DNA of 64,000 nucleotides from Candidatus Methanomethylophilaceae archaeon (GTDB lineage Archaea; Thermoplasmatota; Thermoplasmata; Methanomassiliicoccales; Methanomethylophilaceae): NCBI GenBank assembly GCA_944320495.1, contig CALUHR010000003.1, positions 64,001 to 128,000 of the forward strand, read 5' to 3'. Shown piece by piece: positions 23,197 to 32,748 of this stretch (position 1 is its first letter; each line of letters starts with the position of its first letter). The notes under the pieces were generated by a model. It saw only the letters and a program-made list of their open reading frames with translations, ran no database searches and was not told where the DNA came from. The position numbers and the translations under genes were made by a program.

Positions 23197-23453
23197 GCCG
23201 CAGGCTACGCTCTAAGATATTTCGATCAGAATATACAGGGAAGAGACAGGGCTGCCCCCGCCCCGGTATATCAGGCCCTGTCTGCGAAGTCCGCAAAGAA
23301 CAGACAGACGTCAGTCCCGTCGTCCAGTTCCGTGAAGTGGTTCACGAGTGTCTCGGACGCGTCTGACGTGCTAGAACGCACCCTTCGTCTTCTTCACTGC
23401 GTCAATCTCTCGCGGGCTTCCACCCCGTGGGACGGCGGACCGTCGGATGGCAG

Positions 23454-24380
23454 TCGTGCCCTCCCGATCCTCTCCCTCGCCCTGTCCAGGAGCTGGCAGG
23501 ACTTGCAGCTTCCTCCGAGCGTGGGCTCCCCGCAGCGGGGGCACGGGTGCATCTCCGTCTCCGGCAGACCTGCCCTCAGCATCGGCTTCAGGGAATCGTA
23601 CGACGAGAGTATGCCGAACCTCGCCCCGGGCGAGCGGTCCTCGAGCTGGTCCACGATGTCGCGGTACTGGTTCCTCAGGGCGGCCTCCCAGTAGGGGCAC
23701 ACCCCGTCCCAGAACTCCATCCCCGAGACGATTGCGTATAGCAGCGTCTCCTTCTCCGGGATCGTCCTCAGCGGGAGGAACCTCGGGACGAGACCGGGCT
23801 TCACGACGTCGTGCGGTGCCATGCGCGCCAGGCGCTCCACGTCGCCCCTCACGAAGTTCATCATGATCGACTGCGACATGTCGTCCAGGTTGTGGCCCGT
23901 CGCCAGATACCTGGCGCCGATCCTCCTCGCCTCGTCGTTCATGAGCATCCTGCGGAACACGCCGCAGTAGGTGCAGGGGCTGCTGTCCCCGCTCACCGGC
24001 GCGATCTCGTCCATCGTCACTCCCATCTCCGAGAAGGAGCGCAGATGGAACCCCACACCGTTGGATTCGCAGAACCTCCTGACGATGTCCACGCTGGGCG
24101 GGCGGTAGCCCGCGATGCCCTCGTCGATCGTTATCGCATGGAGCTCGACGCCGTTCCTCTCGTTGAACACCGACGCCAGCATCCTGAGGGCGACCATGCT
24201 GTCCTTCCCCCCGGACACGGCGACGGCTATCCTGTCCCCGCGGGAGACGTCGATCTGCTTGCGGATCTCCCTCTTGACCCTGCGGTCCACGTACCTCATG
24301 AAGTGCTCGGCGCAGAGGTGCGTGCCGTTGTACCTCACGAACGTGACGGCGTCGCGGCCGCAGACGTCGCAGGATGTCAT
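23454..24380 (-). CDS. tRNA 2-thiolation protein, TtcA/Ctu1/NcsA (TIGR00269-like); proposed end at CGA 23456-23454 (TGA at 23394)
   Basis: CDVC...HLCAEH Zn finger, PP-loop VAVSGGKDS, CTYC, ATGHNLDD, C-terminal CPRCGE...CKSC. ATG 24380 has a GGAGGGTGA Shine-Dalgarno. Confidence 0.88.
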
Positions 24381-25524
24381 CCTCACCCTCCAGGATCGCC
24401 TCCATCTTATCGGCGAGCACCTTGGACGGTATGTCCGGCAGGACGATGACCGCGGTCCTGCCCGTCTCGTTGTCCACCACCGTGAGCCTGATCGCCCCGA
24501 TCTTGTCCAGGTCCTGGAGGTACTTCCAGAACTGAGTGTGCTTCCGGGCGGGGACCTCGTACTCCTCGCACACCACCGCATAGGTCCTCTCGGCGGCGGC
24601 CGCCGGGATCGAGGGGTTCTTCTTCATGGCGCGGGCGACCGCGAGCAGCACCAGCTTCCTGTTGATGTCCAGGGAACGGAGCTTGGAGTCGGACACCGCG
24701 CTGTATATCATGGCCTTGGCGGCCCTCACATGGTCCACGTCGACCTCGCCGGAATCGTCCTCCTCGGCGATGTTCGCCGCCCTGTCCAGGAGCTCGATGG
24801 CCATCCTGGCGTCGCCGTACTCGGCTGCCTCCTCGGCTATGACGTCGAGGGCATCGTCCGAGCACCTGCCCGGGAACAGCGCCTCCTCGGCGCGGGAGCC
24901 GACGATCTCCCTGAGCTCGGCCATGCTGTAACGGTCGAACCTGACGACGTTGGTCCTCCTGAACGTGGAGAGCGAGGCCTCGTCGAGCACCATGTCCAGG
25001 GGCTCCTGGGAGATCATGATGACCGACACGGGCGCGGAGCCCTCCCTCATGCGCGTCAGCTGGTAGACCAGGTCGGTGGATCCCTTCCTCAGGAGCACGT
25101 CCACCTCGTCCAGGATCACGGTCATCGCCCTGCGGTTCGATGCCAGATGCTGGGAGAGCACCCTCGCCATGTCGTCCTGGGAGAACCCCCTGCCCGGGAA
25201 CCCGGGGTCGTAGTGCCTGATGAGCTGCAGGAGCACCCCGGTCTCGGAGGTGTTCCGGCAGTTCACGTAGATGACGTCCAGGGCCTTGCCGGCGGATCCC
25301 ATGTAGTCGGCCATGTCCCGGCAGAACCTGCGGGCGGTGACCGTCTTCCCGGTGCCCACCCCTCCGGTCAGGAACGCGGTGCACTGGCGGCCGTCGAGGG
25401 CGAGCGGACGGAACAGCGTCTCCAGACGGGAGAGCTGCCCGTCCCTGTTGACCAGGCTCTTCGGGATGTACGCGAAGTCGAGGACCGACCCGTCGCGTAT
25501 GATCGTGGACCTCCGCTCGAACAT
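24367..25524 (-). CDS. cdc6: Orc1/Cdc6 family replication initiation protein; proposed end at CGA 24369-24367 (385 aa)
   Basis: Walker A GGVGTGKT, YVNCR, Walker B ILDEVD, GDARMAI and a C-terminal winged helix. The standard-code ORF runs 717 aa across the thiolase gene. Confidence 0.88.
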
Positions 25525-25525
25525 G

Positions 25526-26488
25526 TCGGTTCCTGCTGCAGCGGATGAATCCGGAGCACGGGACGACCTCTATGCCCTCCCGCTCCCAGATGTCGCAGAT
25601 CAGGTTCACTCCCAGGGAATCCGACGGCATGTGGCCGGACACGACGAGGTTCACGTGCGCCTCCCTGGCCGCATCGTAGTGGGACTCGGGGAAGTGCATC
25701 GCGATGACCGTCCCGACGCCCGCGCGGGCCAGGGCCTCGTACATCTCCTTCGGTCCGGAGGTGCCGCCGGTCATCTTGCACATGATCCTCCCGCAGCGGG
25801 AGTCCTTCGATCCGACCATCACGGTGGGGACACAGTTCCTCCTGGCCGCGGCCACGTACTCCGGCTCACCCATGAGGACGTCGACGATGTCCCCGAGGGT
25901 GCGGGGGGCCCTCTCGTCCATGAGCCTCGTGAGGTAGTCCTGGACCATGTTGTCCGCGGCCGAGTGGACGTTGAACATCGGGATGCCCAGCATCCTCGCG
26001 GCATCGGCGGCCTGGTCGTAGTTGGAGCCCATGACGCCTCTGAGCACCTCGGAGGTCCTCGGCCCGACGATCCCCTCGGCGACGTTGATAGGCACGCCCT
26101 CGGCATGGTACATGTCCGCCTGGATCGGAATCACGTTGGGGTACAGGTTCCGGGATTTCCCCGTGGGATGGTGCGCCACCACAGCGTCGATGCGCTCCCC
26201 CTTGGAGCGGAGGCGGTCGGCCAGCAGGACCTCGGCGGGTCCGATGTCTATGCCCCACATCATCCTGGAGGCCTCGGTCTCGCGCGCCAGCTCCTCCAGG
26301 GCGGAGAACCTGCAGTCGGAGTAGGGGTTCCAGAGACGCTCGGTGTCGAAGCACTCGCGCCTCCATCCCTCCGACCTCTCGTATTCGGAGGCCGCCGCGT
26401 CCAGGACGCGCCTGACCTCGTCCTCCGGACGGGGGTCCTTCCCCATGCCCGCCCTGATGGCGGCCTCGTAGGCCTCGTAGACCTTCAT
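25526..26488 (-). CDS. NIF3/NGG1p-interacting-factor family protein; proposed end at CGA 25528-25526 (320 aa)
   Basis: LWNPYSDCR, GIDIG, VAHHP, HSAADN, GHMPSDSLG, ending CSGFIRCSRN. The standard-code ORF runs 693 aa across cdc6. Confidence 0.8.
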
Positions 26489-26536
26489 GGCCCGGGGATT
26501 GAAGACGGATATTAAGATGGCGCGCCCTGAATCCCC

Positions 26537-27061
26537 TCAGAAGCCCCTGGACAGGAGGATCTCCTCCGGCCCCACGGTCTTGCAGAGGGCCTCCACCATC
26601 CTGGTGTTCTCCGGGTCGGCCCCGGCTATGCCCCCTCTCAGGATGTACGGGCAGACGTCCTCGTCGTAGGCGCCGAAGTAGGTGGCGTGGACGCACCATC
26701 TGGAGACCAGTCCGCATATCACAGCGCCGTCGCATCCCAGCGTGCGCAGCATCCCCCCGAGGCCGGTGCCGTGGAAGGCGTTCATCTCCGACTTGGGCAC
26801 GACGGGGTCGCCCTCCCTGAAGTCGAGACCTTCCACGAACCCGTCCGGGTCCTCCATGTCCTCGGGGACGCAGGCGCTCCTGGCGGTCATCCTGATGAAG
26901 AGCACGGGCCTCCCGGCGTCCCTGAACATGCATATCGCGCTGTTCACGGTCGGAAGGATCCCCGCGACCGGCTCCGCCATCGCACCCTGTGCGTACTTGT
27001 TCTGGATGTCGACGACGATCAGGGCCAGGGACTTGGAGCGGATGTCCGCGTCGGCGATCAT
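26537..27061 (-). CDS. Isochorismatase/cysteine hydrolase family protein
   Basis: LALIVVDIQN, VPKSEMNAFHGT, ICGLVSRWCV. ATGA overlap with the MarR gene. Confidence 0.85.
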   Translation of the reverse strand: MIADADIRSKSLALIVVDIQNKYAQGAMAEPVAGILPTVNSAICMFRDAGRPVLFIRMTARSACVPEDMEDPDGFVEGLDFREGDPVVPKSEMNAFHGTGLGGMLRTLGCDGAVICGLVSRWCVHATYFGAYDEDVCPYILRGGIAGADPENTRMVEALCKTVGPEEILLSRGF

Positions 27062-27504
27062 GGCTTCTCCGGGAGGCAGTCCGGCAGAAGCCTCGACGCC
27101 TCGTCCAATACCTCGGCGAAGTCCCTGAGGCGCTCCTCCCCGAAGCGCTCCCTCAGGTCCTCGACCATCCTCTCGAAGATCCCCCACCCCATCCTGTATA
27201 CATCGGCGATGCGCTGGGTGAGCTCCACCACCTGGACCCTCCCGTCCTCGTCGCTCCTCGCCCTGCGAACGAATCCCTTGTCCTCCAGACCGTTGAGCCT
27301 CGAGGTTATGGTGGGCTTGGTGACGCAAGCGGCCTCGGCCAGCTTGGAGGGGGTGCAGTCCTCGATGGTGGCGATCAGGTTCAGGAACATGACGTCCTTG
27401 AACGACAGACGCGTGTCCGCCGACGGGTCGGAGTTGATGATCCTCAGCTCCATTATCGAGCCGGCGGCTAGATACCTTATCATGCTCCGGGTGAGGTCAT
27501 CCAT
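27058..27504 (-). CDS. MarR family transcriptional regulator
   Basis: TPSKLAEAACVTKPTITSRLNGLEDKGFVRR...DEDGRVQVVELT. Confidence 0.88.
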   Translation of the reverse strand: MDDLTRSMIRYLAAGSIMELRIINSDPSADTRLSFKDVMFLNLIATIEDCTPSKLAEAACVTKPTITSRLNGLEDKGFVRRARSDEDGRVQVVELTQRIADVYRMGWGIFERMVEDLRERFGEERLRDFAEVLDEASRLLPDCLPEKP

Positions 27505-27760
27505 CAGTCCTTCCCCCACGTCCAAGGACCCATGCGGCGATCACAGGCACGACGGACCGGGCCATGGCGACCGTCATGCAGAGCCCGTCCCTGGAGGCGC
27601 CGGTGAAAACCCCGGATGTGGTCCCGGGCCCCCTGATGCCGAGTCCGTAGGACTCGGCCGCCTCGGGCAGCGCCGCGTTGGTGGTCGTCCCGTCCGAACC
27701 GTCCAGGAACGTGCTGGTCGCGATCGTCGCGAGCAGAATTCCATGCCCCGCCTGCTTCAT
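27497..27760 (-). pseudogene. Internally deleted DHA2-type MFS transporter remnant (87-aa ORF)
   Basis: The N-terminus STFLDGSDGTTTNAALPEAA resembles MFS TM1 (compare LMDNIDASIVNVALPTIA at 39121). The C-terminus DGLCMTVAMA...VIAAWVL resembles the last TM. The middle is missing. Confidence 0.55.
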
Positions 27761-27881
27761 CGGGACCGCATCATGATGAGCGCGTATAATTGATTGTTCG
27801 AATCTCTTATGTAACGCCGTCCCGGCCAGGGGCTCGCGGACATAGCCTATTAATCGTCGCGCGCATTGTCACGTGTTTCCC

Positions 27882-28841
27882 ATGAACGAGATCTGGACCG
27901 AGAAGTACAGGCCGAGGACGCTGGACGAAGTCGCAGGCCAGAGCCAGGTTACCGACAAGCTGAAGGCGTACGTCAGGTCGGGCAACATCCCGCACATGCT
28001 CTTCACAGGGCCCGCCGGGACCGGCAAGACCACATGCGCCCTCGCCCTGAGCAGGGAGCTCTACGGCGAGAACTGGCTGGGGAACTACATCGAGATGAAC
28101 GCTTCCGACGAGAGGGGCATAGACGTGGTCCGCGGCAAGATCAAGGACTTCGCCAGGACCTCCCCCATCGGCGGGGCCCAGTTCAAGATCATCTTCATGG
28201 ACGAGGCCGACGCCCTCACCAGGGACGCCCAGGCCGCTCTCAGGCGCACCATGGAGAAGTACTCCGGGATCTGCAGGTTCATCCTCTCGTGCAACTACTC
28301 GTCCAAGATCATCGACCCGATCCAGTCCAGATGCGCCGTGTTCAAGTTCAGGCACCTCTCCGACGGGGAGATCTCCGGGTTCCTCCAGAGGATCGTCGGG
28401 TCCGAGGGCATCCAGATCGACGACGACGCCCTGGAGGCCCTGGTGGGAATCGCCAGGGGGGACATGCGCCGCGCCGTCAACTCGCTGCAGGTGGCCGCCT
28501 CCCTCGGAAGGAGAATCGACGCCGACCTGATCTACCAGACCGCCGGACATGCGAACCCCGAGAGCATCAGGGATATCATCATGACCGCCATGGATGGGGA
28601 CTTCGTGGGCGCAAAGGACCGCCTCGCCAGCACCATGGAGGAGTACGGCCTCGCCGGACAGGACGTCATCGGGCAGATACACTCCCAGATCTTCTACCTC
28701 GACATATCCGACTACGAGAAGGTCCGCCTGCTGGACAAGGTGGGCGAGTGCGAGTTCAGGATCGTCGAGGGCAGCAACGAGCGCATCCAGCTGGAGTGGC
28801 TGATCGCATCGATGGCCCTCATCGGCGGGAACCTGAAGTGA
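27882..28841 (+). CDS. rfcS: Replication factor C small subunit
   Basis: WTEKYRP, GPAGTGKT, NASDERGIDVVR, IFMDEAD, SRC motif, GDMRRAVN. Confidence 0.95.
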   Translation: MNEIWTEKYRPRTLDEVAGQSQVTDKLKAYVRSGNIPHMLFTGPAGTGKTTCALALSRELYGENWLGNYIEMNASDERGIDVVRGKIKDFARTSPIGGAQFKIIFMDEADALTRDAQAALRRTMEKYSGICRFILSCNYSSKIIDPIQSRCAVFKFRHLSDGEISGFLQRIVGSEGIQIDDDALEALVGIARGDMRRAVNSLQVAASLGRRIDADLIYQTAGHANPESIRDIIMTAMDGDFVGAKDRLASTMEEYGLAGQDVIGQIHSQIFYLDISDYEKVRLLDKVGECEFRIVEGSNERIQLEWLIASMALIGGNLK

Positions 28842-28896
28842 GCCCGTCCCAAACAAATCAAACGCATTGATCCCCATTTCAAATGGTTACAGAATG

Positions 28897-28923
28897 GTTC
28901 CGAACTAGTTCGGAACTAGTTCC
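28897..28923. repeat. Perfect 20-bp palindrome built from tandem GAACTAGTTC units 11 bp apart
   Basis: gttccgaactagttcggaac (28897-28916) overlaps ggaactagttcc (28912-28923). Confidence 0.85.
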
Positions 28924-29029
28924 TGAACACCCGGCGACGGGTGACCACCAGTGAGAGCACGGGCATCCGTATCGCTTATCCCCAATGGACGTCTTAATCA
29001 CAGCGACATGGATTGCGGAACCGGGCCGA

Positions 29030-29686
29030 TCGGTCCCCGCACATCTCGCGGGACAGGCGCTCCCTCAGCTCGTCCAGGCTCCGGAAGACCTCCGCCTTGG
29101 ACCGGATCTCGTCGTCGGCGTCGGTGAGGTCCGGTACGAACGCGACCCTGCATCCGGCATCGTAAGCGGACCTCACGCCGTTGGGCGCATCCTCCACCGC
29201 GATGCAGTCGCACGGCCTCTCGCCCACCCTCTCGCACGCGTACAGATAGACGTCCGGGCTGGGCTTACCGTTCGGTACCGACGACGTGCAGACGACCTCG
29301 TCGAACATCACGCGAATCCCGAGCATGTTCAGATACTCGTCCACGTGGTCGGGGCGGGACGCGGTGGCGACCGCCGTCTTGATGCCGGAGGACCTCAGGA
29401 ACCCCAGTATCCCCACGACGCCGGGCTTCATCTCTATGCCCTCGGAACGCACGTGCTCGGCCATCAGCCGGCGGCGCTCCTCCCTCACGGCCCCGAAGTC
29501 CATGCCCGGATGGTTGGATTCCAGGTACTGCCTGGCGAGCCTCCCGTCCAGGCTGCGGATGTGGAGCACCTCGTCCCTCGTTATCCCGAAGCCCAGGTTC
29601 CTCCCGGCCTCCATCCAGAACCTCACGTTGAGCTTCTCGGTGTCGATGAGGGTGCCGTCCATGTCGAAGATGACCGCTCCGGTCAT
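29030..29686 (-). CDS. HAD-superfamily phosphatase (beta-phosphoglucomutase-like); proposed end at CGA 29032-29030
   Basis: IFDMDGTLID, VATAS, GKPSPDVY, AVEDAPNG. Confidence 0.88.
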
Positions 29687-29690
29687 GGGA

Positions 29691-30926
29691 TCAGTACCTG
29701 TTGTCGAAGATCCTGTTGGTCTTCTTCTCGCTCCTCGGCAGGTACCCGACGGGCACGGCGCGGGGGATGACGGTGATGTTCATCTTGGACTTGATCTTGG
29801 AGACCAGCTCCCTCTCGAGCTCGATGCGCCCCTCCTCCGGGACAATGGTCTCGAAGTACACGGTGACCTCGTCCCTCCCCATGAGGTGGTCGATCATGAC
29901 CTGGTACTCGCTCGATGCGCCCTCGATGGTCGCCAGGACCTCGTCGAACTGGGCGGGGAACATGTTGCATCCCTTCACCTTGATCATGTCGTCGGTGCGT
30001 CCGACGATGATGTCGATCCTGGGGAACCTGGAGCCGCAGGGGCACTCCCCCGGGACGATCCTGGTGAGGTCGTGGGTGCGGTAGCGTATGAGCGGCGCCC
30101 CCTCCTTCCTCAGGGTGGTGATCACCAGCTCGCCGACCGTGCCGTCAGGCACGGTCTCCCCGCTCTGCGGGTCGATGATCTCGAAGTAGATGTAATCGTC
30201 CCACATGTGGATTCCGTTGCGGTAGTCGCAGCTGATCCCGATGCCCGGACCGTAGATCTCCGTAAGGCCGTAGATGTCGTAGAACTCCACCCCCAGGTCG
30301 GACGCGATCTCGTTGCGCATCTTCTCACCCCAGCGCTCGGAGCCGATCACGCCCTTGCGGAGGTGGAGCCTGTCCTTGATGCCGCGGCTCTTGATCTCCT
30401 CGGCCAGCAGGAGCGCGTAGGACGATGTGGCGCAGAGCACCGTGGTCCCCATGTCCTCCATCATCCTGAGCTGCTTGTCCGTGTTGCCCGGACCCATCGG
30501 CAGGGCCATGGCGCCGAGCCTCTCGCAGCCCGCCTGGAACCCTATCCCCGCGGTCCAGAGGCCGTATCCGGGGGTGATCTGGACCACGTCGTCCTCGGTC
30601 ACGCCGGCCATGCGGTAGCAGCGCTCGAACATGACCGCCCAGTCCTCAACGTCCCTCGCGGTGTACGGGATGACCACCGGGGTTCCGGTGGTCCCCGAGG
30701 AGCTGTGTATCCTCACGATGTCCTTGCGGGGGACGGCTGCGAGGCCCAGAGGGTACGCCTCGCGGAGGTCGGCCTTGTCTGTGAACGGGAGCCTCTCGAA
30801 ATCCTCCTGCGTCGATACCTGGGTGAGGTCGATTCCATCGAACTTCCTCGCGTAGAACGGGCTGCGTTCCTTGATGTCCCTCAGGAGACGCGTGATGATC
30901 TCCCTCTGGTACTCGTTCATCCTCAT
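29691..30926 (-). CDS. paaK: Phenylacetate-CoA ligase family protein
   Basis: HSSSGTTG, YGLWTAGIGF, DIYGLTE, IRYRTHD, GRTDDMIKVKG. Confidence 0.88.
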   Translation of the reverse strand: MRMNEYQREIITRLLRDIKERSPFYARKFDGIDLTQVSTQEDFERLPFTDKADLREAYPLGLAAVPRKDIVRIHSSSGTTGTPVVIPYTARDVEDWAVMFERCYRMAGVTEDDVVQITPGYGLWTAGIGFQAGCERLGAMALPMGPGNTDKQLRMMEDMGTTVLCATSSYALLLAEEIKSRGIKDRLHLRKGVIGSERWGEKMRNEIASDLGVEFYDIYGLTEIYGPGIGISCDYRNGIHMWDDYIYFEIIDPQSGETVPDGTVGELVITTLRKEGAPLIRYRTHDLTRIVPGECPCGSRFPRIDIIVGRTDDMIKVKGCNMFPAQFDEVLATIEGASSEYQVMIDHLMGRDEVTVYFETIVPEEGRIELERELVSKIKSKMNITVIPRAVPVGYLPRSEKKTNRIFDNRY

Positions 30927-30932
30927 CGAATG

Positions 30933-31661
30933 TCACCTCTTGAGCTGGGCCAGCAGCTCGGCGGCCTCCTGTGAGCCCCTCGCCGCGGCCTTGGAAATCC
31001 ATTTGCGGGCGTTGTTCTCGCTCCTCACCATGCCCTCGCCGGACAGGGACATCCTGCCGAGCTCGAGCATCGCCTCCTCCGATCCCATGTCGGCGGCCTT
31101 GATCAGATATTTGGCGGCCTTGTCGGGGTTCCTCGGGAATCCTGTGCCGGTCATGTGCATGGAGGCTAGCCTGACCCCCGCCTTGGGGTATCCGTTGGCG
31201 AGCGCCTTCTCGAACCATCCGGCGGCGGCCTTCGGATCGGGATCGTATCCCCTGCCCTCCAGCAGGATGACGCCTATCCTGTACTGCGCGACGGTGCTGC
31301 CGGCCTCGGCGGCCCTGCCGTACCAGTACCTGGCCCTCTCCCAGTCCTGGGGGATCCCCTCCACGTCGCTGTACATGAAGCCGAGGTTGAACATCGCCTG
31401 GGGGTAGCCGAGCTCCGCGGACCTCTCGTAGAGGGCCATGGCGCCCTCGAGGTCGCAGCGGACGCCGAACCCGTGAGCCTTGATGTAGGCGAGGTTGCAC
31501 ATCGCCTCCGGATTGCCCTGATCTGACGCGAGGCCGAACCATCTGGCGGCCTCCCTGCGGTCCTGCGTCACACCCTCGCCCTTGAAGAACAGGTACCCCA
31601 TCGCCGTCTGGGCGTCCGGATCCCCGTCCTGGGCGGCCTTGAGAACTGTCTCGAACGACAT
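30933..31661 (-). CDS. Sel1-repeat protein
   Basis: Repeated AQ..LG.MY..G.GV..D...A..W...AA.QG. Confidence 0.9.
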   Translation of the reverse strand: MSFETVLKAAQDGDPDAQTAMGYLFFKGEGVTQDRREAARWFGLASDQGNPEAMCNLAYIKAHGFGVRCDLEGAMALYERSAELGYPQAMFNLGFMYSDVEGIPQDWERARYWYGRAAEAGSTVAQYRIGVILLEGRGYDPDPKAAAGWFEKALANGYPKAGVRLASMHMTGTGFPRNPDKAAKYLIKAADMGSEEAMLELGRMSLSGEGMVRSENNARKWISKAAARGSQEAAELLAQLKR

Positions 31662-31662
31662 T

Positions 31663-32748
31663 TCAGCGCCTCATGTGGGTCCTGCGGACGTACCTCTCCG
31701 GGTGGTCCTCGTATTTCGAAAGGTAGTAGTACGCGGCTAGGAAGCCGTTGCTCGCGGCGTCCGCATAGAGCTTGACGATCTGCGACTCGTCGGTGGGGAA
31801 GCTGCTCGACTCGTAGGTGCGGGCAAGGTAGAACTGCGCGTCCTCCGACCCGGCGTCGGCCGCCCTGGACAGCAGGGATATCGCCTTGATGTCGTCCCTC
31901 CTGACCCCCATGCCCTGGTGGTGCATCATTGCCACGTAGAACATCGCCGGGGGGCTGCCGAGGTCGGCGGCGTGACGGTACGCCGCATAGGCCCCCTCCA
32001 TGTCCCCCGATTCGAGCAGCGCGTCCGCCCTGCCCAGGGCGGAGTCCATCTCGTCGGCCTCGACCTGGGACGGTGTGGCAGCCAGCCTCTCCAAGCGCTC
32101 CTCCAGCGGCTCGCGCTCGCCACCGTCGAGCTCGGAGAGCACCGCGTTCCAGCAGAGGATGCACTTGTCGTAGCCCATGTCCACGCCGTACTTGTACCAC
32201 CTGGCTGCCTCGACGTCGTTGCTCCTGACCCCGTCGAGACCATACTCGCAGTACATCCCGATCTTCAGGAACATGTCGGCGCTCCCCGTGATGCCGGCAG
32301 AGGAGAACCACACCTCCGCGTCGGAGGGGGACCTCTCGACGCCGATCCCGTACGAGTACATGTACCCGACCACGAACTTGGAGAGGGAGTGCCCTTGCTC
32401 GGCGGCCTTGCGGTACCATGCGAATGCCTGGGCGGTGTCCTTCGGAAGGATGTCGCCGTGGGCGTACGCACCCCCGAGCTCCGCCTGGGCCAGGACGCTC
32501 CCGAACTCCGCGGCAGTGACCAGATGCCTGACCATCTCGTCGTGGGTGCCGTCCACGACGCCCTCGGAGATCATCCTGTAGAGCTCCCAGTGGGCGCGGG
32601 CGCAGCCGAGGCTGGCCGCCCTCTCGTACCAACGGACTGCGCGTCCGATGTCGGGATCCAGCTCCTTGCCGGTCTGATAGTAGTATGCGAGGGCGAGGCA
32701 CGCGTACGGGTCGCCGCCCTCGGCGTCGCGGAAGAGGTTGTCCGTCAT
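31663..32748 (-). CDS. Sel1-repeat protein (361 aa)
   Basis: ATG 32748 overlaps the upstream TGA (ATGA). Sel1 repeats throughout. This is the 3' part of ORF 31663..33096. Confidence 0.88.
   Translation of the reverse strand: MTDNLFRDAEGGDPYACLALAYYYQTGKELDPDIGRAVRWYERAASLGCARAHWELYRMISEGVVDGTHDEMVRHLVTAAEFGSVLAQAELGGAYAHGDILPKDTAQAFAWYRKAAEQGHSLSKFVVGYMYSYGIGVERSPSDAEVWFSSAGITGSADMFLKIGMYCEYGLDGVRSNDVEAARWYKYGVDMGYDKCILCWNAVLSELDGGEREPLEERLERLAATPSQVEADEMDSALGRADALLESGDMEGAYAAYRHAADLGSPPAMFYVAMMHHQGMGVRRDDIKAISLLSRAADAGSEDAQFYLARTYESSSFPTDESQIVKLYADAASNGFLAAYYYLSKYEDHPERYVRRTHMRR

Larger units (their letters stand above)
22940..23282. ncRNA. Highly structured intergenic segment (at least 6 hairpins); candidate structured mRNA/antisense RNA pair
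   Basis: Stems at 22940-22956 (7 bp), 22968-22991 (8 bp), 22999-23017, 23026-23063 (11 bp), 23126-23149 (7 bp) and 23245-23282 (8+2 bp). Confidence 0.4.

Noticed and set aside
22820-23450. Intergenic region as RNase P RNA, SRP RNA or a cdc6-linked replication origin
   Set aside because: No RNase P P4 or SRP helix-8 signature recognised; no ORB repeats or AT-rich unwinding element; not adjacent to the cdc6 start.
23371-26488. 693-aa and 717-aa ORFs as real long proteins
   Set aside because: Homology ends at the first CGA; the remainder is an alternative frame over the next gene.
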